The notes below the pieces were generated by a model, which saw only the letters and a program-made list of their open reading frames with translations, ran no database searches and had not been told where the DNA came from. A DNA stretch of 64,000 nt, from NCBI GenBank assembly GCA_026770705.1, contig JANJGN010000056.1, forward strand, positions 1,984,001 to 2,048,000, written 5' to 3'. The position numbers were made by a program, and so were the translations under genes. This stretch comes from Isurus oxyrinchus (taxonomy: Eukaryota). Below are positions 26,541 through 39,965 of this stretch, one piece after another (the stretch's first letter is position 1; the number at the start of each line of letters is the position of its first letter).

Positions 26541-29077
26541 TATTCCATAAATTTAATTATTTCAGCTTTTTATCCTTATCTGAATAACTCATCTCCCTGC
26601 TTTTAAAGTTCATACGAATCATCAGCAAACATCTGAGTGAAATTATCTTATCTAAAACGTAATATATCCACCCAATTTCTCAGTACGCTCAATTCTATTA
26701 CTGCTTTCCTAAATATCACTTTGCACCACTTTCAGAATGCACCATTTTTTATATCCTTCAGTACACCTGGTACTTAAGTGACATCTCATGACATTATGTA
26801 ACACATGGGCAATGAATGTCCCCTTCTGCTGACCAGCTTCCGTTCACCTCAGCAGATGAATCAATGATCATCAATGGCCGACGTTTTAGGGAGAGATAAG
26901 AAAAAAATACTTTCCATCGGAGACCTGGAAGACTGTGAGCAAGAGAGGATCGGTAGCATCAATATTGTCCGACCTGGCAGAGTCATAAAGATAAATGCTA
27001 CACTAGGTCTTTGCAGGTGGTCAGGGAACCAACCAGGTGCAAAATTCTAAGTGAATTCGCTCCACAAACCTACCACCACAGCTGCATCAGTCCTCTTAGG
27101 AATTGATATGAAGGACCACCACACGTCCTTGTACAGAGGAATTCCGCCTTCACAATGGGGCTTCCCTCCATCGTATTGTGTGAGACAACCATTGTGCTAA
27201 ATTGGGTAGATTTCAACTGGATTAACAACTCAAAAGTGGGCATTCACGAGGCACAGTGGTCCAATGGCTGCAGCTGATATGGGCACAACCGTAATTTGTA
27301 ACACTAAGCCCAGTCTATCCCCCAACTCTGCAATTTTCATCTGGACTGTTTATGGTGATGTTTCTGATGCCAGTCAATCATTCTACTTTGCTCCTTTAGG
27401 GGAGCTCTGCGAGAAGGAATGTTCAACAAATTACTTATCACATTACGGGGATTTAGCTGGGATTGTCCTCTTTGGTGACAGTGACGAGAATAATCTTCGC
27501 CTTTCTGGTGCATTGGCAAATGAAAAGTGATTTCACTGAAGCATTCACCCTTTTTAAAAGTTTCGGTATTGTCGATATTGGATGGATCATTCCGCTGGCT
27601 GGTGTGTCTAAAAGTAGGAAAAGCAATATCAGAATAAGGGGACTGCATTTGAGATTATGATGAGAAATAATCTCATCACTGAGGGAGGGGTAAATGTTCG
27701 AAATTATGTACTGCAACCGCGGCGAATGGGCAGTCATTGAGTATGTTGAAGGTGCCGATGAACCAATTTCTCAGTATTAAGTGCATCCAAAAATATGAGA
27801 TAGTGCATGTAATATCGTGGAGACATAATTTCAGCCATGATAGACTTGAGTAGTGGAGCACAATCGTGCGGCCAAATGATCAATTTCTACTGGTATTTCC
27901 TGCGCTCTTATGTCCTTCTGTCAGCGCCACCATGTAACGTGGCAATTTGAGTTTTCCAAAGCCACGGGGGATTCGGACATTATTTAGTATCAATCCACTC
28001 CAATTCTCAATGTTAGTAAGTAAGGTTCAGAAGCAGGGTTTACAGCACCAGGAAGTGTAGGGCTGAAAATTGAAATCAGCAGAATAATGAGAACCATATA
28101 GCTACCCAGGGAGCATAGCGGTTCCAAAATCGGATCACTTATGGCTCAGTTAACAATCTACGTGCTGAGATATTTGTTTCAATACTTATGTCCGGCTTCA
28201 GTACTTGAGGACAAAAGTCTCAGCTAATGTGCCTTTGCCATAGTCAAGTTGTTCTGTACTATCGGATGTAATAACTTTCAGAACAGATGTCAAACCGTTT
28301 CACAGGGTAAACGTCAAAGATTCCATACCCCTATGTCGAAGATCGAGACTGTCGTGACCCCTTGTGTCCCGACCACTATTTACACCTCTATTAAAGCCCA
28401 CAATACGGAAAAATTGGTCATTGTCATCTTGCTGCTTGTGGAAGCTTCCCGACCACAAATTGCCTGTCCCCTTCAGTGACTACACTACATGGGAATTCAT
28501 TAAGGTGGTCGATAAATGAGGATGTAGAAATGCATGTATTTCAATAGACAAGTGACTAAGACATCGGAATGTCTTCAGCACACAGAGTAATCTGTTTCAG
28601 CCAGACTTCCAGATATTCTCTCTGTATACAGATTTGTAAAAGTATCGCTGTCGTAATAAGTATGTGATTTGACAGGGATTCAGTTCCTTTAAATATCGGT
28701 AAATGCATGAAAACCATTGGCAACGGCTTCAAGAATTTCAAGCAGAATTTTGCAGAATGCGAATTTGCTTCTGCACAGATTTTCACAGATTATGTTTTCT
28801 ACAAGTTCATACTCTGTTTGCACTTGATAATGATAATTATTGCAGACCCCACCCTGTTACATGACATTCCGTAAAGCAAGAATAAGGTGTCAGCAGTGGA
28901 GACCACGGAGCTTAAGATAGAGCAACAGGAAGAAATCTGTTAACGTTGTGGTTAAACATACATCCCTCCTTTGATGACTCCCCAACAGTACAGAAACAAA
29001 TCGATGAAATCGAACAGGCGTTTGAGAAGAACGTGAACATCCATTTATTCGGCTAAAGATTGCATTTAGGCTTTTAC

Positions 29078-29147
29078 CAGGAACACCAATGGCCGCGAGA
29101 ATAGGATAGTAAATGGCTTCTATCTGCCGAAGTATCAGTTCTCCCAT
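29078..29147 (-). CDS. Gene A exon 1: MGELILRQIEAIYYPILAAIGVP plus 1 nt
   Basis: ATG at 29147, 70 nt long, donor CCTG|gtaaaag. The YYPIL...GVP N-terminus is typical of the family. It has 59/70 nt identity to gene B exon 1. Intron 29077-20409 is 8669 bp. Confidence 0.9.
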
Positions 29148-31124
29148 CTTTATGTGGAGATGTCTTCCCTGCAGAGATGGATGCACAAGGTGGAATAAAG
29201 GTGTGAGCTGAAACGTAGAAATCCTCTTCCTCTTTAAATTCAATTGAGGGAAATAAGAGAAAAGTGTTAAAATCGCAGGAGATTTGGAAGGAGATGTCAC
29301 ATCAATTAATCTAGTCCACCAGGGTAAAACTAGCAGGACAGCATTCGTAGCAGGGAACAGACAAAAGCTGTTACCTTTCGCTAACATTAAGCCCTTTAGT
29401 TAACTAATCCAACCCACGGCCGCTACGATCCAGAAAGACAAAGGCAACAAGAACATGGGAACGAAATTAGCTGAACGTCCCTCTCCACGCCACTCATCGT
29501 CCTGGTGCAGAAAAATATCGCCGTTCCTTCAATGTCTCCGTATCAAATCAATGGAACCCGATCCCCCACCGCCCACACCACCCCCCTCCCCGCACCCCCC
29601 CCCCCCACCCCGCCACATCCACCGCCTCCACAAAAAAAATACCGTGGATGTAACTACACCATGAAGACTGCAGCAGCTCACCACCTACTTCACAAGGGGA
29701 GTTAGAGATGGGCAATAAATGCCAGCGTTACCCTAATCCATGAATGGAAAGAAGGATAGAAATTTATACACTTAGTCGGAGAGTATTTTAAACGTACATC
29801 GGTAAATGAGAGCTTCGAGAATGGGTTTGTAAATGGCCCGTATCTGATGAAGTACAGCCAATTATATTCTCAGTGAGAAGCGCGAACTCCTGTTGAAACA
29901 GATGCACTGAGCCTGTTGGGAAACATGAAATGTGGCAATCAGAGAAACTATTATGTTCACAAGAGATAAATCCCCATGAGCGTATTCCCCTAAAGAAATT
30001 ATTTAGTTTCAATCTTGAACAAACATGTTTCGTCAGTCGCTCACTTTCTGAAAGGAACCATTTCGAAGTGAAACGTCAAACATTGAAATGTTCGGTCAAT
30101 ACAATTGAAGGGGCTATATTTTAAAGAGCAACAGGTAGATCCCATAGTGGATAGTCACAGCGGGAAACGATTGACCCACAAAGCATTGTTGGTAATCAAA
30201 TCGTTACTAATTTAGATCAATATGATTCGTGGAAACTCAATCGGCCTGAACTGCCAGGAGAAGTAGTGGGAAAGTTCCGTATGTTAACCACCGTTTGGTG
30301 ATTCGGAACCCATTCTATATTCCAACCGAGCACATGTCTGATGGAGGTCTTTGTCATTTAATCTTCCAGGGGGCACTCATACGCTGCACAGATCTTCCCG
30401 TAGAGTGCTCTGGCAATGACAGTCCCATCAGTGACTTGAACTACATTCTGTGTCGTTGCACGTAATTTTGCACCATTCTGCCTGGAAAATATAAACGCAA
30501 CCATAGGACCAGGAACGTTTGTGTTGGTGGTAACCTGATGCGCAATAGAAAGTGTATGGAGAAGGCTTTTGTTTCCTCAACCAAAATATGTAAAAATAAT
30601 GCGTTCAAGTCAATCCGAAGCCACACATCCTCAGTAACGATTCCCCACGCCATGCTCACCCAATCACATACTCCATCCAGCTTGAAATGAATGAAAAACA
30701 ATGTTTTGAATAAAACAATGGCATGTCGAGAGTACATCGTTGTGAGTGTATTCCATGCTTAACATTTAACTCCTGGCCCTCAAATGTCTTCAGCAGATAA
30801 TCATTAGCAGATGGATGCAGTGATTATAATGTCCCAGAATCGAGGGCGCCTCCATCTTTGGTGTGGGGCGCATTTCAAGCACGCACCAAAAACATAATAG
30901 TTAAGATCAGTAGGTCATTTGGCCCATTGAGCCTGTTCTGCAAGTCGGAAAGCTCATGGTTTATCTGATGGTGGCCTCAGTCCCGCTCTCGTGCCTGCTC
31001 TCCCCCAACCAACGCCGTACACCGCCCCCGTCCGCCACCTCCGTCACATCACACACTTATATCCTCATGACCCTAGTCTCCAGTATTGGTCAATAAACTA
31101 TCCAACACAGCCATGAATATGTGA

Positions 31125-32165
31125 CAGCCCTGAACAGATGATCAGTGTCATTCGCTCTTTGATGATGGCGTCATAATCAGAGCGATGCAAAGTCACTGAT
31201 AAGTGTGAACTCGTTTCATGTCACTTGCGGCACCAAATAAGACTGTTTAACAGCTCCAGCTCTGGTTTTCATACATTTGTCGGTCATTCTCCAGGCATGC
31301 ATTCAAAGAGCTTGACAAAGGATTGCACATACATCTCAGGACCACAGGCAGCCTTTTCAAAGAACCAAAATTAAATCCTTGCACAGAGGTTAGTGGAAAG
31401 CTACAAGCGGATGCCTTATTCGCGGACCAATGCGCACTCATAGCTCAGGATCAGGAGACATTCAGCTGAATGCTGAGCGCTTTGCTGCAAACTCAGAATG
31501 TTTTCCATTGACAATATATCTGAGGATAGAGATGCAGTATCAAACCGTTGCTGTTCACGTGCTCCAAGATGCCACAGCCGCTTTGAACAATGCACTCCTC
31601 TGTTCTTTACAGTGCACTCCAAGGGCACTAACTGGATGGGCAAATTACCCATCGCCTGACATAAACAAGCTCGGCACTTGGCAGGCTTCACTCACTGACT
31701 TCTGCAAAGAAAACAAGGAATTTCCTTCAGATGGAAGATCAAGTCGTTCCAGGCAATGTTTTTTTATATCACTTTCATATCAGTGCGAAACTTGCATAAA
31801 CTTTTGGCCTCTTAGAAAGCTAATGAAAACTTTCCAACTTCGCTGTCCATGAACCATTTCCAACGGTTGCTGGCAGGACCAAATCGACAAAACCGATAAT
31901 CTTGTAAAGTGCTGCATGCCTGACATTGAAAATATGTTCATTAGAGCCCTGGTTGCCTGCGTTGGTCATGCGGTTCATCTGGAAAATGCCTACATAATAA
32001 TACGCCACACTCAGTGAGCACAGGAAGCTCCACTACAGAATGTCTGAAATCTCAAAGCCAAACTCAGAGATTGCAAGCTGGATCCCAGTACATGAGGTCC
32101 TGACACCACCTTGTTAAAAGCAACCTGGTGTGCCTGCACCATATGAAGCATACACTCTGCCACCC
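31125..32165 (+). mobile_element. RTE-clade LINE RT fragment, truncated at the inner duplication boundary
   Basis: Translations HAFKELDKGLHIHLRTTGSLF and DIQLNAERFAANSECFPLTI match RTE RT segments. Confidence 0.7.
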
Positions 32166-33394
32166 TTTGAGGGTTTGTGTGTCACTTTGCGAGTCCCACT
32201 AAGCAGCGAGAATATCCTATGCATATCCAACTTCATTCTATTCTACCCGAATACTTAAGATTCTTAAGCAATGGGAACAATGCATCTGGCTTCCCTTCTG
32301 CAAACTAAGTTTAGCTTGTACCTGGTATTTTCATTCTTCTCCAGGTGCAGAGTGTTCCCGACTGTCCTGCAACGAATTCCCGATCACATGGGCCCAATCC
32401 TTACAAATGGATTCCTCAGGCTATTCTTCCATCCGGTCAGCATTCACTTTCTGGCTCCTGCCTAATGCTGATGCTGGACCCATTGGAGCCCAGCAGAAAA
32501 GTGTGGCCAAATGCGATCTCAGTTCATACCTCCTCTTTGTCATTTCCTTTAAGATACATGAAAACTGTTTTACTTTTAAAGAGAAGCCAATTCAAAAGCA
32601 TCTTATCAATATTCCAATAATACATATCTATCAAGAAATTTCATCACTAACATTATGTAAAGTAGAAATGCCATCTTAAGCAACAAAAATTACACAAATG
32701 TATCAATGCGGTGTTTCCTAAAAAGGTTAGAACATTATTTACTTTTCGATAAGCCTGGTTTTGCTCTTGAAACTCTCTCCTGCATTCTTCAGTGAGTCAG
32801 GCTTGATCCCTTGCCTTCAAGGTTATGGTGTTGTCAGGAATATGCCAGGCCAAGTCCTTGCAGGTTGCGTTTGAATTTAATGTTACTGCTGCAGATGACC
32901 CAGAGTTCCTTGTGCAAGTTGAGATTTGAGCTGTGTGGTCTGTTCTGAATCCACCCCATTGAAATAAATGAGTGCAAGAGAACACAACGGAGCGTGTCTT
33001 CATTGCGAAGACAGTATCCCGTCGTCACAAGGTCACAAAACGTCAGGGACAGATGCATCAGCAGCAGGTATATTAGTGAGGATGATGTTGAGTAGTAAGT
33101 TCCTTCGTGTTGGTTCATCTGCCTCAGGCCTATTCTGGGTTTCAAGGCTCGGTCTCCTTGGTCTGTAACAGTGGCCCTGAGCCACTGTAGGTGAAGAACA
33201 TGCAGACCCAAAGCAGAGAACATTATGTGCCGTTGAAAAGCACAGTATTTCTTCCATGTGGTGCTTAACATGGAGAACTAAACACTGGTCAAATTCTGGA
33301 CAGTGGTATGTGGGAGTCAGCTGGAGTTTCCCTTCCCTTGTTTTCCCACCTGTCATGAGATATCAGAGACAATGGATCAATGCTGCACACTCAA

Positions 33395-34180
33395 AGGACA
33401 AAGAACAAAGAACAAAGAAAAGTACAGCACAGCAACAGGCACTTCGGCCATCCAAGCCTGCACCGATCATATTGCCCGTCAACTAAAATATTTTGCACTT
33501 CCAGGGTCCGAATATCTCTATTTCCATCCTATTCATGTATTTGTCAAGCTGCCTCTTTAACACCACTATCGTACCTACTTCCACCACCTCCTCTGGCAGC
33601 AAATTCCAGACACTCACTACCCTCTGTGTAAAAAAACTTGCCCCGCCCATCTCATTTGTAGTATTCTCTTCACACCTTGAATCTCTGTCCCCTAGTAATT
33701 GACTCTTCCACCCCGGGAAAAAGCTTCTGACTATCTACTTTGTCCAAGCCAGTCATAATTTTGTACACTCATATCAAGCCACCCCTCAAACTCCGTCGCT
33801 GTAGTGACAACAATCCTAGGTTCTCGACATTCCCGTCATAGCTAGTAATCGCTAGACCAGGGAGAAGCCTAGTAAACCTCTCTGCACCCTGTCCAACACC
33901 TCCATATACTTCTGGTAACGTTGTGACCAGAATTGCACGCGATATTCCACGTGTGGCCTAAACAAGGTTCTATACAGCAGCAAGATGACATCCGAGCTTT
34001 TATACTCAATACCCCTGCCGATGAAGGCAAGCATGTCATATGCCTTCCTGACTACCTTATCCAGCTGCGTTGCCACTTTCAGTGACATGTGGACCTTTAC
34101 ACACAGATCCCTCTGCCCGTCGATGTAATTAAGGGTTCTGTCATTTACTCTATAATTCTTGCCAATATTAGACCTTCCAA
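33395..34180 (-). mobile_element. 5'-truncated CR1 LINE with (TTCTTTG)n tail
   Basis: ORF 33852-34088 reads VVRKAYDMLAFIGRGIEYKS...LYRTLFRPHVEY. The tail appears as caaagaacaaagaacaaagaa on the plus strand. Confidence 0.9.
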
Positions 34181-34763
34181 AGGGACTTCAGCATTGCCCT
34201 GCCTCCAGCATCTCATGTAATCCCCTTAAACTGTGCAAACCGAGAAAGCTATAGCTTAAAAAACCGGAATGATGTGTAATGTTCAATAAAAAAATGCTTT
34301 TTTTATCGTTACGTTACACTCGATTTTCTTGTACTTTGGTACTTGAAATGGAATAATTAAAGGCTGCATTTTGCCAAACGGAAGCAGGCATTGTTTAGAG
34401 ACATGATGTTTTTTTTTTCAAAGCATCTCATCATTCAACAAAGTAACACAGGAAATTGGATGGCAGCACCAAGGGGATGGTTCAAGAGGCGGCGCCCGGG
34501 TGAGAGCAATTAATCAGGTGTTACAATCGGAATTCAGAAAGCGATTGAGACTAGGGAAAAAGGGGGATTAGTGATTTTGATTTGTGGAGAGAAAGCAAGA
34601 AGGAACAGGGAGGATCGGAGAGGGAAATATAAATGTAGAGACCAAGAGAGAGACAGAGAGAAAGAGAGAGAGCAAGAGAGGGTGAAGTGCAAAGGAAAGC
34701 AAAACGTTGAGCAGTCTCTGTGTTAATACGAGATCAGGATGAAGTTCTGAAAGTTCAAAAATC

Positions 34764-35480
34764 ATAGAAACTTATATCGCTTAAAACAAGGGAGTGCATT
34801 CGGCCCAGCATGCCTGTGTCAGCCCTCTGCAAGAACAGCACATACCGTGCCACTATCCATCTTTCCCCCTGTAACCCTTCAACCATTTCCTCTTCAAACG
34901 ATGATCCATTTGTCTTTTTGAACATCGTCTTCTCTGTTGAATTTGCTTCCACGAGATTCTCTGCTGACCATCCGTGTTCCTGAGCCATTGCTGCGTAATG
35001 AAGGCGTGCTTCATGTCACTTTTGCTTCTTTGCCCAATGACCTTAAATTGGTTCTCCATAGCTCCACAATAAGGGGTAAGTCCTGTCTTTTTTCTCTGTC
35101 CAGACCGATCATTATCTTGACAGCCTCTTGATCTCATGTTTGGCTTTTCTTCTCCAAGGAAAACAGTCCCAAATTCGCATTCAATCCACATGAAAGAGAT
35201 TGTCATCCATGGACCATTGCCGTGTAAATGTCTACAGCAGCCTTCGTGCCTTCGCATACTTCCTGCATAATTTTGGTCTGAAGTGGACATATACACTAGT
35301 TGTAGCCGAACTGCGTTCAGGCAACAGCTATCAATGCTTCCTTGCTTTGGATGCTCCCTAACCCTCTCAAATATCAGCGGCATGCAGGGCAATTATTTTG
35401 GAATACACTCAGTAAGAGGAAGGACACGACAAATAACAAAGCATTCTATTGATGGCACCCAAACCGTTAGCAATAACAAT
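34764..35480 (-). mobile_element. Old CR1 LINE 3' fragment
   Basis: Has the CR1 3'-end signature (atagaaac...attcggcccagcatgcctgtg) and a decayed RT tail in ORF 34853-35392. Confidence 0.7.
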
Positions 35481-36269
35481 GACCCTCTGCAAAATCGGGG
35501 CACATAGCTGCTCGTCTTTACTATCAACAGGATGCACTACACTGGTGGCTAAAAGCTTGATAGAACATTCCAAACGAGCAATCTTCACGACGTATAAGAA
35601 CAAGGACGGCATGTACATTGGGAGAACATATAAAAAATGAGCTGGAAGCAGGCATCGGCCTTTCGAGCCTCCTCCACCAATCAAGTGATCTTCTATCTCA
35701 GATCGATCTTCCCGTACTGTGACCATATTCCTAAATTCACTGTTAACCCAAAAACACATCCATCTGCGAACATATTAGATAAATTCAACGTGTTTGTAGA
35801 ATACAAGTCTCGCAGTTCTCTCAACTACAAATGAAATTCTGCAACTCGCTTCCGAAATTTCCAGGGACGGCAATATCACCAGTGAAAAAGAAAACACCGT
35901 GAAATATCGGGATTTGAAGACATGGTGCGGATTTTCCAGGTTAGATGAGTTTCAGAGTTCACGATGTGTGTTTATCACTGTCGAATTCTAAACCTGCTGT
36001 AGTGGAAGCTCATTTGCCATTATTTTTTTTAGAACGGATTAAATAGAAATAATATTCAATGATGGTGTCTAACTATTAACACAATGGCTTAGCAATATGT
36101 GCCTGCAAAATTCACTGAAGGACAATGTGTTTTTCAGTCATCTTCATTAATCGATATGTTGTCAAAATACTATGTATATATTTATAGGAAACTGTTTATT
36201 CATAAGTTCTTTTTCTCTCTCTCTGTACAAGAGCCACATAGGCTCACAGTTCAAAGTCACATCAGTTGT

Positions 36270-37010
36270 GTTATTGCAGTTTATAGATTTCTCGTGACAC
36301 ACGAGGTTAATATGCAAGTACAGCAAGGCAAATAGAATTCTGTATTTTGTTAACTGCAAAGGAAATGGATTATTGAAGTAATGATATCTTACTGCAGTTG
36401 TGTAGAACGTTGCCGATATCACATCTAAGATACTGTGCACAGTTTTGGACTCCAAATTTAAGAAAGGATATGAATTAATTAGAATCAGTTGATATAACAT
36501 TCACTCTGCAGATACTTGCGATGCTGAGTTGGTTGAGGGTTTTGGTGGTTTGGTTGTTAACTTATTCGGAAAGTTTGTCAACATATGTCGATTGGAGTCT
36601 GGAAAATGAGAGGTGCTTTGATTGAATTAGGTTAAATCCTGAGGAATCGTACATATTTGATGCAAAGAGAATGTCTCCCTTGTCGTGGAGTTTGCAGCAC
36701 AGGGAGAACAGTTTTCAAGTTGTCGGTCTCCCGCTAAAAGGGATGTGGAAGCGCTTTGTTTCATTCATAAGGTTCAAGGGCTTTTGAACTCTCTTCCCGC
36801 AAGTGATGTGGAGGGAGGCTGATTGGATATCTTTTCAAGAAGAGACAGATACTCTCTTGAGTACCAAGGGTGTCAAATGTTATTGGAGGAGGACTGAATG
36901 TGGAATTTGCGTCCACAATCATATGAGCCATAATGTTATTGAATGGCGGGGCTGGCTCGAGGAGCCGGATTCTATAACTCTGCTCTAGATTCATATTTAT
37001 ATGTTTCTAT
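36270..37010 (+). mobile_element. Old CR1 LINE 3' fragment
   Basis: Ends in agccataatgttattgaatggcggggctggctcgagg...ctctgctctagattc, the conserved CR1 3' hairpin region. Confidence 0.7.
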
Positions 37011-37597
37011 GACCCTGTGACTTCAGGTTCGCCTCGTCCCTAAACCAGGTCCTCCTGTCCCAACACTGCATCTGCCTCAAGGTCTTGAAAGCAGTGATCA
37101 AGGCCTTTCCCCAATTTCGAGCTCTCAATGGCTCGACCTCCAGCTTCCACATCGAACTCCTTCTGGAAACTGAAGCTCCCAGCCGTGGCTCTCAGGCTGT
37201 TCCCGTTTTCTAAAGCCCACTGTTGATCCTTGTGATGCATAGGAACAAACGACCTGCAGCTCCGACTGCCTTGTTACAATCCAATACTGAGTGTGGAGCT
37301 CAGTCTCATTTTCATCCGTATATTCGCTTTCACTTGAATGCATTTATTGAACACAGCTCCCTCACTTAGAACTTTCTGTGGATTGTGCGCAGACATTGTT
37401 CACTTCATGTTTGTGATTGTCCGAGCAGTTTTTGGTAATGGGATTTAGATACATTTTTGTGACTGAATGTGTTTTCCAGGCCAATTATCAGTTTACATGT
37501 TAAATGCCGCAAAGAACGGAGGAATTTAGGACCGTTCGAGGCTCCAGGTCTGGTGAAACACTTCTGTTTTTTTTTTCCTGTTTATTCTCTCTTCCAG

Positions 37598-37911
37598 GTA
37601 ACTTGGTGACGTTTTTGTTCCTGTCGCGAGGAAACTATTGCATTTCAAAGTGTATTATTTGCTACTTGGTGCAAATGGCAGGGACCAAATTCGAGGTCGT
37701 TATCTCTGATCCCATATTAAAGAGGATTTGTCAGGAGAAATTTCCAGTTTTATGCGAGCACAGTACTCCCATGTGGATATTCATTTTGTTTCTGTTGTTT
37801 TTTTCAATTATCACAAAAACCTCTTTCTGCCTCACAGTTGACATTACCTACTATCCTTTAGAGGATATTTGTTGCATGAAGCAAATGTCTTGCATCCTTT
37901 CATGTTCATAG
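37598..37911 (+). pseudogene. Truncated GPR139-like exon-2 relic (TM1-TM3 only), reading frame still open
   Basis: Strong acceptor ttttttcctgtttattctctcttccag with phase 1. It translates as GNLVTFLFLSRGNYCISKCIICYLVQMAG...SFCLTVDITYYPLEDICCMKQ, colinear with gene B GNVLAIVILSRRKCGLSKCITHYMIAMAA...SVWLTLVFTFDRFVAICCQEL. Confidence 0.75.
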
Positions 37912-37919
37912 CTCCAAAA

Positions 37920-38110
37920 CTATATTCCTATCTATCAATATTGCTTTTTATCTATCTATATAGCTATCTATCAATCTATCTATCTATCTTGCTCTTTCAC
38001 TCACTCGCTCTCTTTCTTGTTTGCACTGTTTTTTTCTCTCCCTCTCTCTCTCGCATGTTATCTCTCCCTATCACTCTCTCCTCATATTAATCTCTGTCCA
38101 TTTATCTGTC
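37920..38110. repeat. (TATC)n / (CT)n low-complexity tract
   Basis: tatctatctatc and ctctctct runs are directly visible. Confidence 0.85.
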
Positions 38111-38559
38111 ATTCTATTTGGCTATCAGTTTGTCTTTCGAACTATCTTGATGATTGATTCTCTCGGCCCATTGACAGGTGAGCATTCAACAAAATCTGCC
38201 TGATATCATGTGTGAAGTCAGACCAAGTCTAAATTGCACAATCGATTGCCATGTTCTGTTTACAAAGTCTGTTCAAGCGGGCTAAATTAACTTTGCTCGC
38301 CTTTCCTTGTCTTTAACGCACTTGAACCTGTTCTCCACAATTGTAGAAATCACGAAATAAATTTCCAATTTGGGGTTGCCAAAGGTTTGTATTAATATTC
38401 ACAATTATATCTTAAAATACATCCTTTCATGAGGCGGGGATGTGTATAAATGGGCCAGAAGATACTGTTCTTTCCAAATTGCCTTTGAGATGGTGGTGGT
38501 CCCCACATTCCTGAAATGATGGATTTCATGTGATTGTTGTCAGTGGCCATTCCTGGCAA

Positions 38560-39965
38560 TCCAAGTCTTTCAGGCTCAGGGAGAATTCAGATGACTGAGA
38601 AGCGCAATTCTGGACCTATATTTGCATTCGCCGTGAGGCTGAATTTTGGCCCGTTTTGGGTTTCTTCTGCTTTCTGTGCCTCTGCCCTTCCAATTCCCTG
38701 TCGAATCGCTGAGCCGCAAACTGGTTTTAGACTTGATGGGCGAGGTGGTGCCAGGCCGAGAGATTGGCAGCATTCTACTCCTGCTCACTGGTGTTAATGC
38801 CTCCATCCTCTAGGCCCACATTGAGCGTGCACTGATAATTTTTTATTTGTCCGCCCTTTGGACAAGGACTGCTCAGTGGCAGATGCAGCTGGTGATAGGC
38901 ACACCCTTTTCTATAATATGTGTCCGGCGACCGCCACACTTCGGCCGCCTTTATGCAGAATTTTGGCTCGTATCAAAGGTATCCAAGTATCACAGCCTTG
39001 CATGTTTCAACAATCCTCCATCCGCACAGTGCTTGTCGCCTGAAGGAGGCCTGTGCACCGTGTAGTTCAGCAGCAAGATTCCGGTGCGCCGGGTGTAGGC
39101 TTCATAAGGTGCAGGTATGCCACAGGACTGTTAGCAAAGGAGCATCATGACCCCATGCACTGGGACCCAGCTTCAAATCTGTGGGTTTAGCTTGTAGATT
39201 TCAGAAAACCTGTCGTGCAGCTTCGCGTGTTGCCCTGTTGCGGCCTGTGGAATGTCGGCGTTCTCCATATGAGTCCGATCATTTTTACAAATCTCGCACT
39301 GATATAGAATTGAGAGAATAAAAAAACGCGGCCTCACAGGCTTTCATCTTCTATCTGAGGGAAGGTCAATGTTCTGCTTCCAGAAGTCAATGAGTGCACC
39401 CTGCCCAATGCCAAACTCGTTTATGTCAGGCGACGTTTAATTTGCTCATTCAGTTAGTTATCTTGGAGAGCATGCTGCCGAGTTAGCAAACGTCCGCACT
39501 GAACAGAGGGGGGATTTGTTCAGAGCGGCTGTGGCAGCTTGGATCAAGTGACAAACAGCGATATGATACAGCTTCTCTATCTGCAGATATACTGTTAATC
39601 GAAAGTGTTCTACGTCAGCACGCAGCTGAATGTCTCCGGATTCTGCCCTATGAAATCGCGATGGTCCACTAATAAGCCTTCACTCTGTCGCTGTTCATTG
39701 TCCAATGTGTATGGTTTTACTCCTGGCTCTTTGCAAAGGTTGGCTTTTGTCCTGAAATGAAAATGCAAACCTATGTCAAGCTCTTTGAGTGCATACTGGA
39801 GAATGGCCGGCAAGTATATGACAAACAGAGCTGAAGCCATGGACAGAGTCTTACTTGGCGCCGCAATCACATGAAAGGGGTCCACACTGATGAACCACTT
39901 TGCATCACTCTGACTATCAGGTCATTGTCAAAAGCGCAAATGACACTGATCCTCTTTTTCATCTT
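38560..39965 (-). mobile_element. RTE-clade LINE RT fragment; the longer counterpart of 31125-32165
   Basis: ORF 39610-39885 reads DPFHV...ALFVIYLPAILQYALKELDIGLHFHFRT. The minus strand continues into an RTE-like C-terminal segment (...GGQIKNYQCTLNVGL...GINT). Confidence 0.7.

Larger units (their letters stand above)
15630..32165 (-). repeat. Left arm of a ~16.5 kb inverted segmental duplication (partner 39085-56024)
   Basis: Colinear reverse-complement anchors: 15660/55985, 16010/55620, 18150/53530, 19200/52460, 24400/46970, 26830/44540, 29820/41305, 31150/39950, 32140/39105. Confidence 0.92.

Noticed and set aside
28890-29387. 165-aa minus-strand ORF
   Set aside because: Only the MGEL...GVP part is exon. 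The rest is 5' flank and intron read-through, and arm B has no equivalent long ORF.
29560-29630. C-rich tracts with G-quadruplex potential (also ~620-655 and the G-rich 59725-59775)
   Set aside because: They are simple expansions, mostly inside old repeats. The tract upstream of gene A is absent from the paralogous position in arm B.
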